From: Eubacteriales bacterium
GTDB taxonomy: Bacteria > Bacillota > Clostridia > Oscillospirales > QAKW01
Length of the DNA: 64,000 nt
Assembly: GCA_045545315.1 (NCBI GenBank)
Contig: JAZQAR010000067.1
Span: forward strand, 591 to 64,590
Direction: 5' to 3'
Positions 24,562-32,954 of this stretch are shown piece by piece. The position numbers and the translations under genes were made by a program. Position 1 is the first letter of the stretch. Each line of letters starts with the position of its first letter. The notes under the pieces were generated by a model. It was not told where the DNA came from. It saw only the letters and a list, made by a program, of their open reading frames with translations, and did not search any database.

Positions 24562-24778
24562 AACGGCGGCCGGAGTCCTCCTCGGGATCCCCCCGGGAAA
24601 GCTCCTTCATCAGTTTAATGGCGTTCATCCCGCCCTCCGCCGCCCGCTTGGCCAGGCTCAAAGCCGCCAGTTCGCTAACGGTTTTGTCCTGTTGCTGCTC
24701 CAGGGCCTCCTCCAATTGGGGCATGGTCATGGCTGCGGCGCGGGCAAAATCCTCGGCCAGCAATTCCAGCAAATTCAT
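24524..24778 (-). CDS. Small acidic protein at the terminase-small-subunit position (84 aa)
   Basis: ATG 24778 has a GGGAGGTGG SD. It is the first gene of the packaging string and overlaps the terminase start. I recognise no HTH. Confidence 0.5.
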   Translation of the reverse strand: MNLLELLAEDFARAAAMTMPQLEEALEQQQDKTVSELAALSLAKRAAEGGMNAIKLMKELSRGDPEEDSGRRFEIRIVGAEDGS

Positions 24779-24845
24779 GGTTACTTCCACCTCCCGCAGA
24801 CATTATAGCGGTAAAAAAACGAACGCCGGCGAACAGGATTTATGG

Positions 24846-24874
24846 TTGCAATTATCGGCGGGTTTTGTTATAAT
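24846..24874 (+). promoter_or_regulatory. Sigma-70-type promoter of dagK
   Basis: TTGCAA (24846-24851), 17 nt, TATAAT (24869-24874). Confidence 0.6.
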
Positions 24875-24914
24875 ATTAAGGTGAAATTTATCGAAAATCG
24901 GAGGATATGTTCCA

Positions 24915-25811
24915 ATGATCACACTGATCGTTAATCCGGCCGCCGGCAGCGGAAGGTCGAAAAAGATCGTTTTATCGGTTGAAGCATCCCTGAACGAAAA
25001 AAATATCCCCTACCGCAAGTGGGAGACCGTTGCGCCCGGGGATGCCACCGCCCTTGCCCAAAGAGCGGCAGAGGAGCACCGCAACCGGCCGGAGGCAGAC
25101 GATCTTTTATTGGTAATCGGCGGCGACGGCACCTTTTTGGAGGCAGTACGGGGATTGATGAACAGCGATCTGCCCATTGCCGAGATCCCCGCCGGCACCG
25201 GTAACGACTTTTTGCGTGCCCTACAGGTGCCCCGCAAGCCTTTGTCCGCATTGGAGCATATTTTGAAAGCTCAACCCCGATGGATCGATATCGGAACGGT
25301 GAACGAGGATCTGTTTGCCAACGAATGTGGCGCCGGCTTCGACGTAACGGTGCTGGATCATGCGGAATCCGCCAAAAAGTACGTACGGGGGCTGGCGCCC
25401 TATCTTTGGGGTGTGATCAAAGCAATTTTCACCCACCAATGCCGCCCCATGCGGATCGAGGCTGACGGCGAGCTTCTGTTCGAGGGGGATTGCCTGGTCT
25501 TTTCGGTGGCCAACGGCACCTTTATCGGCGGCGGGATCCCCATCAGTCCCCAGGCATCGGTGAACGACGGGCTTTTTGACCTGATCGTGATCAGAGCCTG
25601 CAGCCGGCTCCGGATGGTCAGCTACCTGCCGGGACTTTTGACCGGCAAGATCCTGAATTTTGAGCACACCTCCGTTCACAAAAAGGTACGGGAGGTGCTG
25701 GTTCGCCCCCTGGACAACAAGGATCTGCGGGTCAACGTGGACGGCGAGATCAGCGACCGTTCCCAATGCCTCTTTAAGATCTGCCCTAAGACCCTATACG
25801 TTAAAATGTAA
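24915..25811 (+). CDS. dagK: Diacylglycerol/lipid kinase (DagK/YegS family)
   Basis: NPAAGSGRS...LLVIGGDGTFLEAV...PAGTGNDF, the DAGK catalytic-domain signature. Confidence 0.9.
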   Translation: MITLIVNPAAGSGRSKKIVLSVEASLNEKNIPYRKWETVAPGDATALAQRAAEEHRNRPEADDLLLVIGGDGTFLEAVRGLMNSDLPIAEIPAGTGNDFLRALQVPRKPLSALEHILKAQPRWIDIGTVNEDLFANECGAGFDVTVLDHAESAKKYVRGLAPYLWGVIKAIFTHQCRPMRIEADGELLFEGDCLVFSVANGTFIGGGIPISPQASVNDGLFDLIVIRACSRLRMVSYLPGLLTGKILNFEHTSVHKKVREVLVRPLDNKDLRVNVDGEISDRSQCLFKICPKTLYVKM

Positions 25812-25827
25812 AAAAGGAAGGTACTGA

Positions 25828-27570
25828 ATGAAAAAAGTTTTATCCCTGCTCGTTTGTTTTTGTTTGATGATGACCCTGGTCATCGGTGTATCGGCCACGG
25901 CGGACGCTACCCTGACGGTGACCGCCCCCACCAAACAGTTTTACCTGGTAGGCGAGGAGCCCGATTACACCGGCGGCTCGGTTACTTATACAGCCCAGGA
26001 TCCCCTGGTGATCCCCCTTTCGGCGGATAATTGCACCGGTCTGGATACCACCACCCCCGGCAACAAGACCGTTACCGTGAAGGAGATGAATCTGACCGCC
26101 TATTTCCGGGTGACGGTGTTGAATACTGCGGATCCTATTTATGATATGAAGGACGTTTACCCCAAGCAATGGTATTACAGCGCTTTGGCCGCTTGTATGA
26201 AGGCCGGCTTTTTTGAGGGGGACGAAAATAAAAACGCCTTACCAAACGGCTCCCTGACCCGGGCGCAGCTGGCTACTCTGCTTTATCGGGTGCACGAAAG
26301 TGATCCCCGGGTGATGGCGCCCAAGGATACCCCCGCCGCACCCTTTACCGACGTTCAACAAAAGGATTGGTTTTACGATGCAGTAGAAAATTGTCGGGTG
26401 GCCGGTATCATTACCGGTATGGGGGACGGAACCTTCCAACCTAACGCCACCATCAAGCGGGAGGATGCCATCCTGATGATCGTGCGCACCCTTTATTCCG
26501 CCGATGAACTGGAGACCGCAGATCCCACAGCACTGTTAGCGGCCTCCGGCCTGACCCTGACAGACTTTGACCGGGTTTCCGGCTATGCCAAAAAGGCCAT
26601 GGCCCTGGGGCTTGGTACTCTGATCAAGGGGGATGATAAGGGGGCCTTAAACCCCAAGTCCTCTATCTCCCGGGCGGAGACCGCCACCATTCTTTATCGC
26701 CAGTTCCTGGCGGGTTACGAATGGATGGGTAGTGCCCGAAGACCCTTGATCTACCTTTCCCCCTCCAATCAGATCCATAACCGATACAAGGATCTGCCCA
26801 ATACCGAAGGCTACGAGATGATCAAGGTGGCTAATCTGGTGGAGACCATTTTGCTGGAAAAGGGTTATCAAGTGATCAATGCCGACGTTACCAAGCCCAT
26901 TAAAGAACGGGCCAAGGAGGGCACCGAGCTGATGGCAGACGTTTACGTGGCGCTCCACACCAATGCGGGCGGAGGTGCCAATGCCACCGGCACCGAGGCC
27001 TATTACAACGGTGCAAACCCCGGTTCCAAGGAGCTGGCCACCGAGATCTATAACCGCATCATCACCCTGACCGGCAAGGGCAGAAAGCTGAAAGAAGATT
27101 ACCTTTGCCTGATGGACGATAAAGGCAATTTTGCCTATGGCACCCCCTTTGTGGAGGTGGGCGATCCCAAGGTAGCAAACCTGCTCCTGGAGATCGAATT
27201 CCACGATAAGGCGGATAAGGCCCTTTGGATCACCCAAAACACCCAGCCCATCGCCAAAGCGGTGGCGGAGGGGATCATCGCCTACGTGGAGCAATACGTA
27301 GATCTGAACGCACCCCGGCCGGAGCAACCGGAGGAGACCCCGCCGGAAGAACCCTTGCCGGAGGAACCCCCGGTGGAGGAGCCGCCCGCCGAGGAACCGC
27401 CCGCTGAGGAACCGCCCACTATTGAAGAGGAAGAAGAACTGCCGGTGATCACCGGCAAACCGCCCCTGAAGGAAAACAGCGACCCGGAGGAGCCCGGGCA
27501 GACCCCGGAGCAAGAACCCGAAGAAAATGAAAAGGATCCTTCCGAAGAAGGATCCGGGGAGGACACATGA
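25828..27570 (+). CDS. SLH-anchored N-acetylmuramoyl-L-alanine amidase (Ig-like domain, 3 SLH domains, Amidase_3 domain, Pro/Glu-rich tail)
   Basis: It has a signal peptide and three SLH motifs (…LTRAQLATLLYRV; …IKREDAILMIVR; …ISRAETATILYR). The amidase core is LIYLSPSNQ...VALHTNAGGG...TEAYY...LLEIEFH. Confidence 0.88.
   Translation: MKKVLSLLVCFCLMMTLVIGVSATADATLTVTAPTKQFYLVGEEPDYTGGSVTYTAQDPLVIPLSADNCTGLDTTTPGNKTVTVKEMNLTAYFRVTVLNTADPIYDMKDVYPKQWYYSALAACMKAGFFEGDENKNALPNGSLTRAQLATLLYRVHESDPRVMAPKDTPAAPFTDVQQKDWFYDAVENCRVAGIITGMGDGTFQPNATIKREDAILMIVRTLYSADELETADPTALLAASGLTLTDFDRVSGYAKKAMALGLGTLIKGDDKGALNPKSSISRAETATILYRQFLAGYEWMGSARRPLIYLSPSNQIHNRYKDLPNTEGYEMIKVANLVETILLEKGYQVINADVTKPIKERAKEGTELMADVYVALHTNAGGGANATGTEAYYNGANPGSKELATEIYNRIITLTGKGRKLKEDYLCLMDDKGNFAYGTPFVEVGDPKVANLLLEIEFHDKADKALWITQNTQPIAKAVAEGIIAYVEQYVDLNAPRPEQPEETPPEEPLPEEPPVEEPPAEEPPAEEPPTIEEEEELPVITGKPPLKENSDPEEPGQTPEQEPEENEKDPSEEGSGEDT
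27343..27417 (+). repeat. Five imperfect 15-nt tandem repeats encoding an (E-E-P-P-x)n linker
   Basis: CCGGAAGAACCCTTG / CCGGAGGAACCCCCG / GTGGAGGAGCCGCCC / GCCGAGGAACCGCCC / GCTGAGGAACCGCCC, all inside the amidase C-terminal tail. Confidence 0.8.
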
Positions 27571-27998
27571 ACTTAAAGGTACAAAAATTGGACGAGCGGG
27601 CGATCCTGCCCACCTATGGTTCCGCCGATGCGGCAGGCGCTGATCTTTACGCTCTGGAGGGCGCAACCATTGCCCCCGGCGAGACCAAGCTGATCCGCAC
27701 CGGGCTGGCCATGGCCATTCCCCAGGGCTACGGCGGCTTCATCTTCGCCCGCAGTGGCCTGGCCACCAAGCGGGGCTTGGCACCCGCCAACAAGGTAGGG
27801 GTCATCGACGCCGATTATCGGGGCGAGGTGATGGTTGCCCTTTATAATCAAAGCACCGCTACCCAGACCGTAGAAGCCGGCGAGCGGATCGCCCAGCTGG
27901 TGCTGCTCCCCTGCCCCCAGGCAATCTTTGAAGAGGCCGACACCCTGCCCGCTACCGACCGCGCGGCCGGCGGGTTCGGATCAACGGGAACGAAATAA
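27567..27998 (+). CDS. dut: dUTP diphosphatase
   Basis: SADAAGADLYA...ARSGLATKRG...GVIDADYRGEV...FGSTG are dUTPase motifs. The start overlaps the amidase stop (ATGA). Confidence 0.95.
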   Translation: MNLKVQKLDERAILPTYGSADAAGADLYALEGATIAPGETKLIRTGLAMAIPQGYGGFIFARSGLATKRGLAPANKVGVIDADYRGEVMVALYNQSTATQTVEAGERIAQLVLLPCPQAIFEEADTLPATDRAAGGFGSTGTK

Positions 27999-28158
27999 AG
28001 GGAAAACCTTTTGTAAAAGGTTTTCCCTTAGACCCTTTCGAAAACTTTCAATCTGTGTTTATTTAAAAAAGGCTTGGAACCGTTTGGTTCCAAGCCTTTT
28101 TAGATTGAAAGTTTTTGGGATTCTTAAACCCTTTTTACAAAAAGGGTTTAAGGCCTCC
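27998..28158. repeat. ~160-bp imperfect long palindrome made of three hairpins in the convergent dut/rlu intergenic region
   Basis: Hairpin A is GGGAAAACCTTTTGTAAAAGGTTTTCCC. The central hairpin is AAAAAAGGCTTGGAAC-CGTT-TGGTTCCAAGCCTTTTT, nested inside CGAAAACTTTCAATCT / AGATTGAAAGTTTTT. Hairpin C is TTAAACCCTTTTTACAAAAAGGGTTTAA. The left and right halves mirror each other. Confidence 0.75.
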
Positions 28159-28159
28159 G

Positions 28160-29104
28160 TTACAGATACTGCTCAAAATACACCTCAGGCACCTTGAAGA
28201 CCTTCCCGTTCAGGTAGGAAAGGAGGTGGTCGGGGGGCAGTTTGAATTCCAAGGAATAGGCGTACAGCGCCTGGTGCTTAAAGGGCAAGCCCTTATTGGC
28301 GGCGCCGGTACCGTATTTCAGATCCCCTGCCACCGGGGGCCCTTCGGGGGCCAGGGGGGCACGGATCTGATGTGTTCTGGCGGTGACCAGCTCCACCTCC
28401 ACCAGGGAAAGACCCGGTTTTTCCTTAAGCACCCGATAGCGGGTGATGATCTCCTTAAAGCCCTCCCGGGGGTGATCGATGACCGCCACCTTATTCTCCT
28501 TGGCATCCTTTTTCAGGTAAGCCTTCAGGGTGGCCTGCTTTTTTTGAAAGTTGCCCAAGGCCAGGGTCAGGTACCGCTTTTCCACCTGCCGGTACTTGAC
28601 GATCTCGTACAAAGCACGGCCGGCGGCGGCATTTTTGGCCACGATGACGATCCCGCCGGTATTTTTATCCAGACGGTTACATAATGCGGGGGTGAAGGAG
28701 AGCTCCTTTTTAGGATCATACTCCCCTTTTTCATAAAGATACAGCAACACGTGGTTGATCAGGGTATCCCGGGAGCCGTGGTCATCGGCGTGGACCGGGA
28801 CACCGGGCTTTTTATCCACCAGCATCAGGTTTTCGTCCTCGTATACCACCTGCAGTTGGGGGCGGTAGTTAATAGAGCGAAAATCGTCGTTTTTTTCGGT
28901 GAAGAACTCGTCGTTGATATACAACTCCACCAGGTCCCCTTCTGCCAGCCGGGTATTGCCCTCGGCCCGCTTGCCGTTGACCTTGATAGCCTTTTTACGA
29001 AGATACTTATACATCAGCGAAGGGCTCAGGTTTCCTGCCACCTTCAGAACGAATTTATCCAGCCGCTGATCGCTGTCGTTTTTGGTTACGGAAAAGCTTC
29101 TCAT
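28160..29104 (-). CDS. RluA-family 23S rRNA/tRNA pseudouridine synthase with S4 domain
   Basis: An N-terminal S4-like region (RLDKFVLKV...MYKYLRKKAIKVNGKR) and a catalytic motif NRLDKNTGGIVIVAKN. Confidence 0.88.
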   Translation of the reverse strand: MRSFSVTKNDSDQRLDKFVLKVAGNLSPSLMYKYLRKKAIKVNGKRAEGNTRLAEGDLVELYINDEFFTEKNDDFRSINYRPQLQVVYEDENLMLVDKKPGVPVHADDHGSRDTLINHVLLYLYEKGEYDPKKELSFTPALCNRLDKNTGGIVIVAKNAAAGRALYEIVKYRQVEKRYLTLALGNFQKKQATLKAYLKKDAKENKVAVIDHPREGFKEIITRYRVLKEKPGLSLVEVELVTARTHQIRAPLAPEGPPVAGDLKYGTGAANKGLPFKHQALYAYSLEFKLPPDHLLSYLNGKVFKVPEVYFEQYL

Positions 29105-31788
29105 AGGAAGTTCCAGACCAGCCCCTTACGGCGAGGCTTTCGACCCAAGATCCACTTATGGCAGAAGGCCACGAAGGGATTGGCGTTGCGGAAGATGCTC
29201 TTATCCAAAGCTTGCACGTAGGCATAAACCGCCGCACGTTCTTCCTCGGTGGCGGGTACGTCGGAATACAATACCTTTTGGAAGAGGGGCACGATGGCCT
29301 GCAAGGAGGCGCCTTCCACCACCCGCAGATTATCGGCACGCTTGGCGTAATCCTCCAAAAGTTCCCCTTCAAAGAACTTAAAGCCCTTGACCTGCAACAG
29401 CCGCAGGGTCAGGTAATAGCCCCGCTTGATACCGCTGCGGGGATCGCCGGTCCGCACCCGTTTCAAGGCCCGCTTCCGCAGAGCCTCTGCTATAATCAAA
29501 GCAGCGACCAGCAAAACGATAATCAGTACGATCCAGCCGATCACCTCCAGCAAGCCACGAAGCTTTTTGCCCAAGAGGTTACTCAGGTACTGGTTCCGCA
29601 GGGTATCGTCGTTGGTCTCCAGCCCGGTGGGATCAGGCAGCTCGTTGGTATACTTTACCCAGCCCTCGGGCGGATCCACGTATACCACCTTAATGTTGAC
29701 GTCCTTTTCGGGGTCTTCGCCCTTATCCCGCTGTTCCAGCAGGAAGTAGTTTTTGGCATCGCCGTAGTCGGGGGTAGGATCAAAGGGCAGCCAGCCGGCG
29801 CCTTCAAAATAAACCTCGACCCAGGCGTGATAGTTATCGTCATAGACGTTACCGGCAAAGCTTTCCAGATCCAGCATCTGGGTCTTGACGTAGTAGCCGG
29901 TCGCCAGCCGTGCGGGGATCCCGATTTCACGGAGCATTGCCACCATAGAGGAGGCAAACAGGGTGCAGTGGCCTTCCTTCTTTTCATTTTGGAACAGAAA
30001 GTAGTTGATATAATCGTAGCTATCGGCGGCGGAGCCATCCTTACGGGTCAGTCGCTGGCGCACGTTGGCATATTTATAGTTGGTCACCAGGTACCGCTCG
30101 ATAGCCTGGGCTTTTTCCAGGCGGGTGGGATAATTGGCGGTGATCTCCTGGGCCAGTTTCCGCACCACCAGGCTCAGCTTTTCCGGCTGATTCAGGTAGG
30201 TACGGTATACAAAGGAACTGTAGTTTTCCTCCTGGCTCATATAGGGATCGTTTTCGCCGTGGTTGGCCCGCAGGCTCATGTAACCGCTATAATAGGTATT
30301 AAAGGCGGAAAGATAGACGTTACTGCTGTACACCGGCAGGGTAGTGCGGAACATATAGGCCCGTTCCTTGGGCTTATCGTTATGATACAGCAGGGTATCG
30401 TTGATCCGCTCCAGCTCGGTATAATCACTCAGGGGCGCCTGGGCAACGGCGCCGTAGGGCAGTCCCAGCAGGGTGCTGACCTTATACTCCGGACGGAAGG
30501 TGACCTGCCCGGTCAGATAGCCCAGCTCCTCGCTGTCTGTATTATCCAGCCCGGCGGTCAAGGGATCCCCGTTGGGAGAAACCAGCCGCAGGTAGTTATA
30601 ATACTGGGTATATTCACAGAAGGAATAGCCCACCTCTTCTTCGTAAACGTCGTTAAAGGCTTCATCGGCCACGGACCAGCCCTGTTCGGTCAGGTTCACG
30701 CCGATCTGATACCGCAGGTACACGGGGTTAAAGGTCTTGGAGGAGACAGTACCTACCTTCAGATGACGGAAGGTAGGAGCGCCCAGCCCCAAAAGCTCGC
30801 CCTCTTCCATATAGCCCGCCACGTTCTCTTGCTTTTCGTAGGTCTTGCGGAAGATAACGTTCATCACCTGGGTGGAAAGGTTATCGATCTTTGCCCGCAC
30901 CTGATCCAGTTCCAAAATAGGGGTGCTGTAGATCAAGGCGGCGGTACCCACGGTGATCACCAGCATCAAAGCGGCGATGATCGCACCGAAGCTACCGCTG
31001 CGGGAGGCGAACTCGAACCGTTTTTCGGTGGTGAGGCCGGTCTTACGGGCCTTGGTATTGGTTTTTGGTTTGGCATAGTTGCCCTTTTTGCTCTTTTTGA
31101 CCTTATGATCCCGGCGGCGGCTCATTTGCTGAACCACGCTCTGACCGTAACAGCCGATCAGGGAGGACATAAAGACGCTGAAGGCAATATAATGAGGCAC
31201 GATACCGTAATAGAACAGAGGCACAAGGCAGATGCCCGGCACCACAAAGGCCACCATAATGGGGATCCGCTTAAAAAGGGCCAGTGCAAAAAAGATGGAG
31301 GCCACGATGGAAAGCAGGATGATGGTGGTCATAAAGCGGCGTTCCAGCAGAACCTTATTCTCCAAAAGACCGCTCAGATCCATGGTCATATAATCCAAGT
31401 AGCTGGAATAGTTTTCCTGGGAGCCCAACAGATAGATGATATAGTTATAGCAGACCAGGATGGAGCCCCAAAGCCCCTTCAGCATTTTTACGGTAACCGG
31501 GAAGGCCACCAGCGCCAGGCCGGCCAGGCCGCCCAGCACGCTGAAAAACACCCGCTTATACCAGGTGAGCAGGATCATTGCCCCAAAGGAAAGGGCGGCG
31601 ATCAGCACCAGCACGATGGGAGAAATATTCATCCCCATGGCTGTGGAGTTACAGAAGATATAGCCCACAAGACCGGTGAACAACAGCAAAATTTCTAAAA
31701 TTATGCCCCAGTTCCCCCATTGGCTGCTCATCTTCACCGACGCGCTGACCGGGATCGGTTTAACTTTTTGTTGCTTTAATTTCATCAT
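29101..31788 (-). CDS. Transglutaminase-like polytopic membrane protein (895 aa)
   Basis: Multiple N-terminal TMs. The Cys-His-Asp core is EGHCTLFASSMVAMLREIGIPARLATGY...YHAWVEVYFEGAGWLPFDPT. It is the last gene of the MoxR-DUF58 operon. Confidence 0.88.
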   Translation of the reverse strand: MMKLKQQKVKPIPVSASVKMSSQWGNWGIILEILLLFTGLVGYIFCNSTAMGMNISPIVLVLIAALSFGAMILLTWYKRVFFSVLGGLAGLALVAFPVTVKMLKGLWGSILVCYNYIIYLLGSQENYSSYLDYMTMDLSGLLENKVLLERRFMTTIILLSIVASIFFALALFKRIPIMVAFVVPGICLVPLFYYGIVPHYIAFSVFMSSLIGCYGQSVVQQMSRRRDHKVKKSKKGNYAKPKTNTKARKTGLTTEKRFEFASRSGSFGAIIAALMLVITVGTAALIYSTPILELDQVRAKIDNLSTQVMNVIFRKTYEKQENVAGYMEEGELLGLGAPTFRHLKVGTVSSKTFNPVYLRYQIGVNLTEQGWSVADEAFNDVYEEEVGYSFCEYTQYYNYLRLVSPNGDPLTAGLDNTDSEELGYLTGQVTFRPEYKVSTLLGLPYGAVAQAPLSDYTELERINDTLLYHNDKPKERAYMFRTTLPVYSSNVYLSAFNTYYSGYMSLRANHGENDPYMSQEENYSSFVYRTYLNQPEKLSLVVRKLAQEITANYPTRLEKAQAIERYLVTNYKYANVRQRLTRKDGSAADSYDYINYFLFQNEKKEGHCTLFASSMVAMLREIGIPARLATGYYVKTQMLDLESFAGNVYDDNYHAWVEVYFEGAGWLPFDPTPDYGDAKNYFLLEQRDKGEDPEKDVNIKVVYVDPPEGWVKYTNELPDPTGLETNDDTLRNQYLSNLLGKKLRGLLEVIGWIVLIIVLLVAALIIAEALRKRALKRVRTGDPRSGIKRGYYLTLRLLQVKGFKFFEGELLEDYAKRADNLRVVEGASLQAIVPLFQKVLYSDVPATEEERAAVYAYVQALDKSIFRNANPFVAFCHKWILGRKPRRKGLVWNFL

Positions 31789-32945
31789 TTATATTCTTCC
31801 AATTCTGCCAAGGTAAAGATCTTTGTATTCGGGGTTTGCTCCGTTTCGGGTTGGGGGCGAACCACCAGATATTCCACGTCGCAGTTCAAGCCCCGCACGT
31901 AGGGCTCCATACAATCCCGCAGTTGATCGGCGGGCATGGAGGTCACGATATAAAGGGTGCCCCCGTTGAGGGAGGAAAAGTCCATGGCGCTCAGGGATTC
32001 CTGCAGAGCGCCGCTTTCCATCATGGGGGTCATGGAGAATTCCTCCACCGCGTGAACCTGTTCCTCGGGGGTGGAGATATTCTGCAGATGGAGCATGGAA
32101 TCGTAGTTGGCGTAGCCCAGGGTACAGCGCACCCCGTTTTCAGCCAGCATTCCGGAGATCTTATTGGTGATCTCCACCACACAGTCGGTCAGGTGGCGGT
32201 TGACCAGGGTCTCCTCCTCATAAGGGAAAAGATCCGCCAGGATCATCACGTTATCGCAGGAGTTTTCCCAATAGGTCTTCACGATCATTTTGGAAAGGCG
32301 GGCAGAAAGCTTCCAGTGTACCTGGCGCAGGGTATCGTATTCGTTGAATTCACGGATCCCGGCCATATCGCCGTTGCTCTTGGTCTCGGTTCCGCCCACG
32401 GTCACGGTGTTTTCCTGCTCCTGGCGGGAGGTCTGCACCTCCAGGTCCACGGGCAGTTTGCGGGGTTCCACCACCACAAGGGTCTTGCCGTTCAGCTTAC
32501 GGCGGATACTGAAAAGGCGCAGAAAGTCGTAAAAGATCACGCTTTCCATCCCCACCTTATAGACACCCCGCACGTTAAAACGCAGAGGGATCGTCAGCTC
32601 GGTGGTACCGAAGGCCTGGTACTGCATCACGGTGTAGCCGTCCACAGCCTCGTCGCCCCGGGCATTGCTCACCCGCATAAAGAACTTCATCATAGGCAGC
32701 ATCACCGGTGTTCTGCTACGGATCTTAAGCCGGATGGCAAAGGTATTCAGGCGCTCCTCCCGGGCGGGCAGAGGCTCCAGGCTGATCTTGACCAAAGCCA
32801 TGCTGAGCATCAGGCACCCGAAGGAGATGATGGGGATCAACAGCACGATGGCCAAGGTAAACAGCGAGATGGAGTCATACAGCGCCTGGGAGAAGATGAA
32901 AGCCACGATCAACAGCGCCAGATAAATTAATCTTGAACGGATCAT
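31785..32945 (-). CDS. DUF58 domain protein
   Basis: Two N-terminal TMs plus GIREFNEYDTLRQVHWKLSARL, the DUF58 signature. The start overlaps by 4 nt in the usual MoxR-DUF58-transglutaminase arrangement. Confidence 0.82.
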   Translation of the reverse strand: MIRSRLIYLALLIVAFIFSQALYDSISLFTLAIVLLIPIISFGCLMLSMALVKISLEPLPAREERLNTFAIRLKIRSRTPVMLPMMKFFMRVSNARGDEAVDGYTVMQYQAFGTTELTIPLRFNVRGVYKVGMESVIFYDFLRLFSIRRKLNGKTLVVVEPRKLPVDLEVQTSRQEQENTVTVGGTETKSNGDMAGIREFNEYDTLRQVHWKLSARLSKMIVKTYWENSCDNVMILADLFPYEEETLVNRHLTDCVVEITNKISGMLAENGVRCTLGYANYDSMLHLQNISTPEEQVHAVEEFSMTPMMESGALQESLSAMDFSSLNGGTLYIVTSMPADQLRDCMEPYVRGLNCDVEYLVVRPQPETEQTPNTKIFTLAELEEYK

Positions 32946-32954
32946 AACGGCTCC

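Larger units (their letters stand above)
13901..24845 (-). mobile_element. Phage-derived element: regulatory cassette, Nudix gene, lysis cassette and head/packaging module. No integrase, replication or long-tail genes seen
   Basis: A contiguous block of phage-type genes sits between the host M23 gene and the dagK promoter. Genes are tightly packed with 4-nt start/stop overlaps. My hand counts of a few 60-nt lines gave about 57-62% GC inside versus about 47-52% in flanking genes (small sample). The boundaries are approximate. Confidence 0.75.

Noticed and set aside
27343-27417. Short tandem DNA repeats considered as a possible CRISPR or minisatellite
   Set aside because: The units are 15 nt with no spacers, lie inside a CDS and encode an EEPPx linker. 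This is not a CRISPR array.
26647-27666. 339-aa ORF on the - strand across the amidase 3' half and the dut start
   Set aside because: It lies antisense to two well-supported genes, and its sequence is dominated by the reverse reading of the Glu/Pro repeat.
29158-31698. 846-aa ORF on the + strand opposite the transglutaminase-like gene
   Set aside because: It lies antisense to a gene with an intact Cys-His-Asp core and TM topology. The translated sequence is Gly/His/Gln-rich nonsense typical of GC-rich antisense frames.
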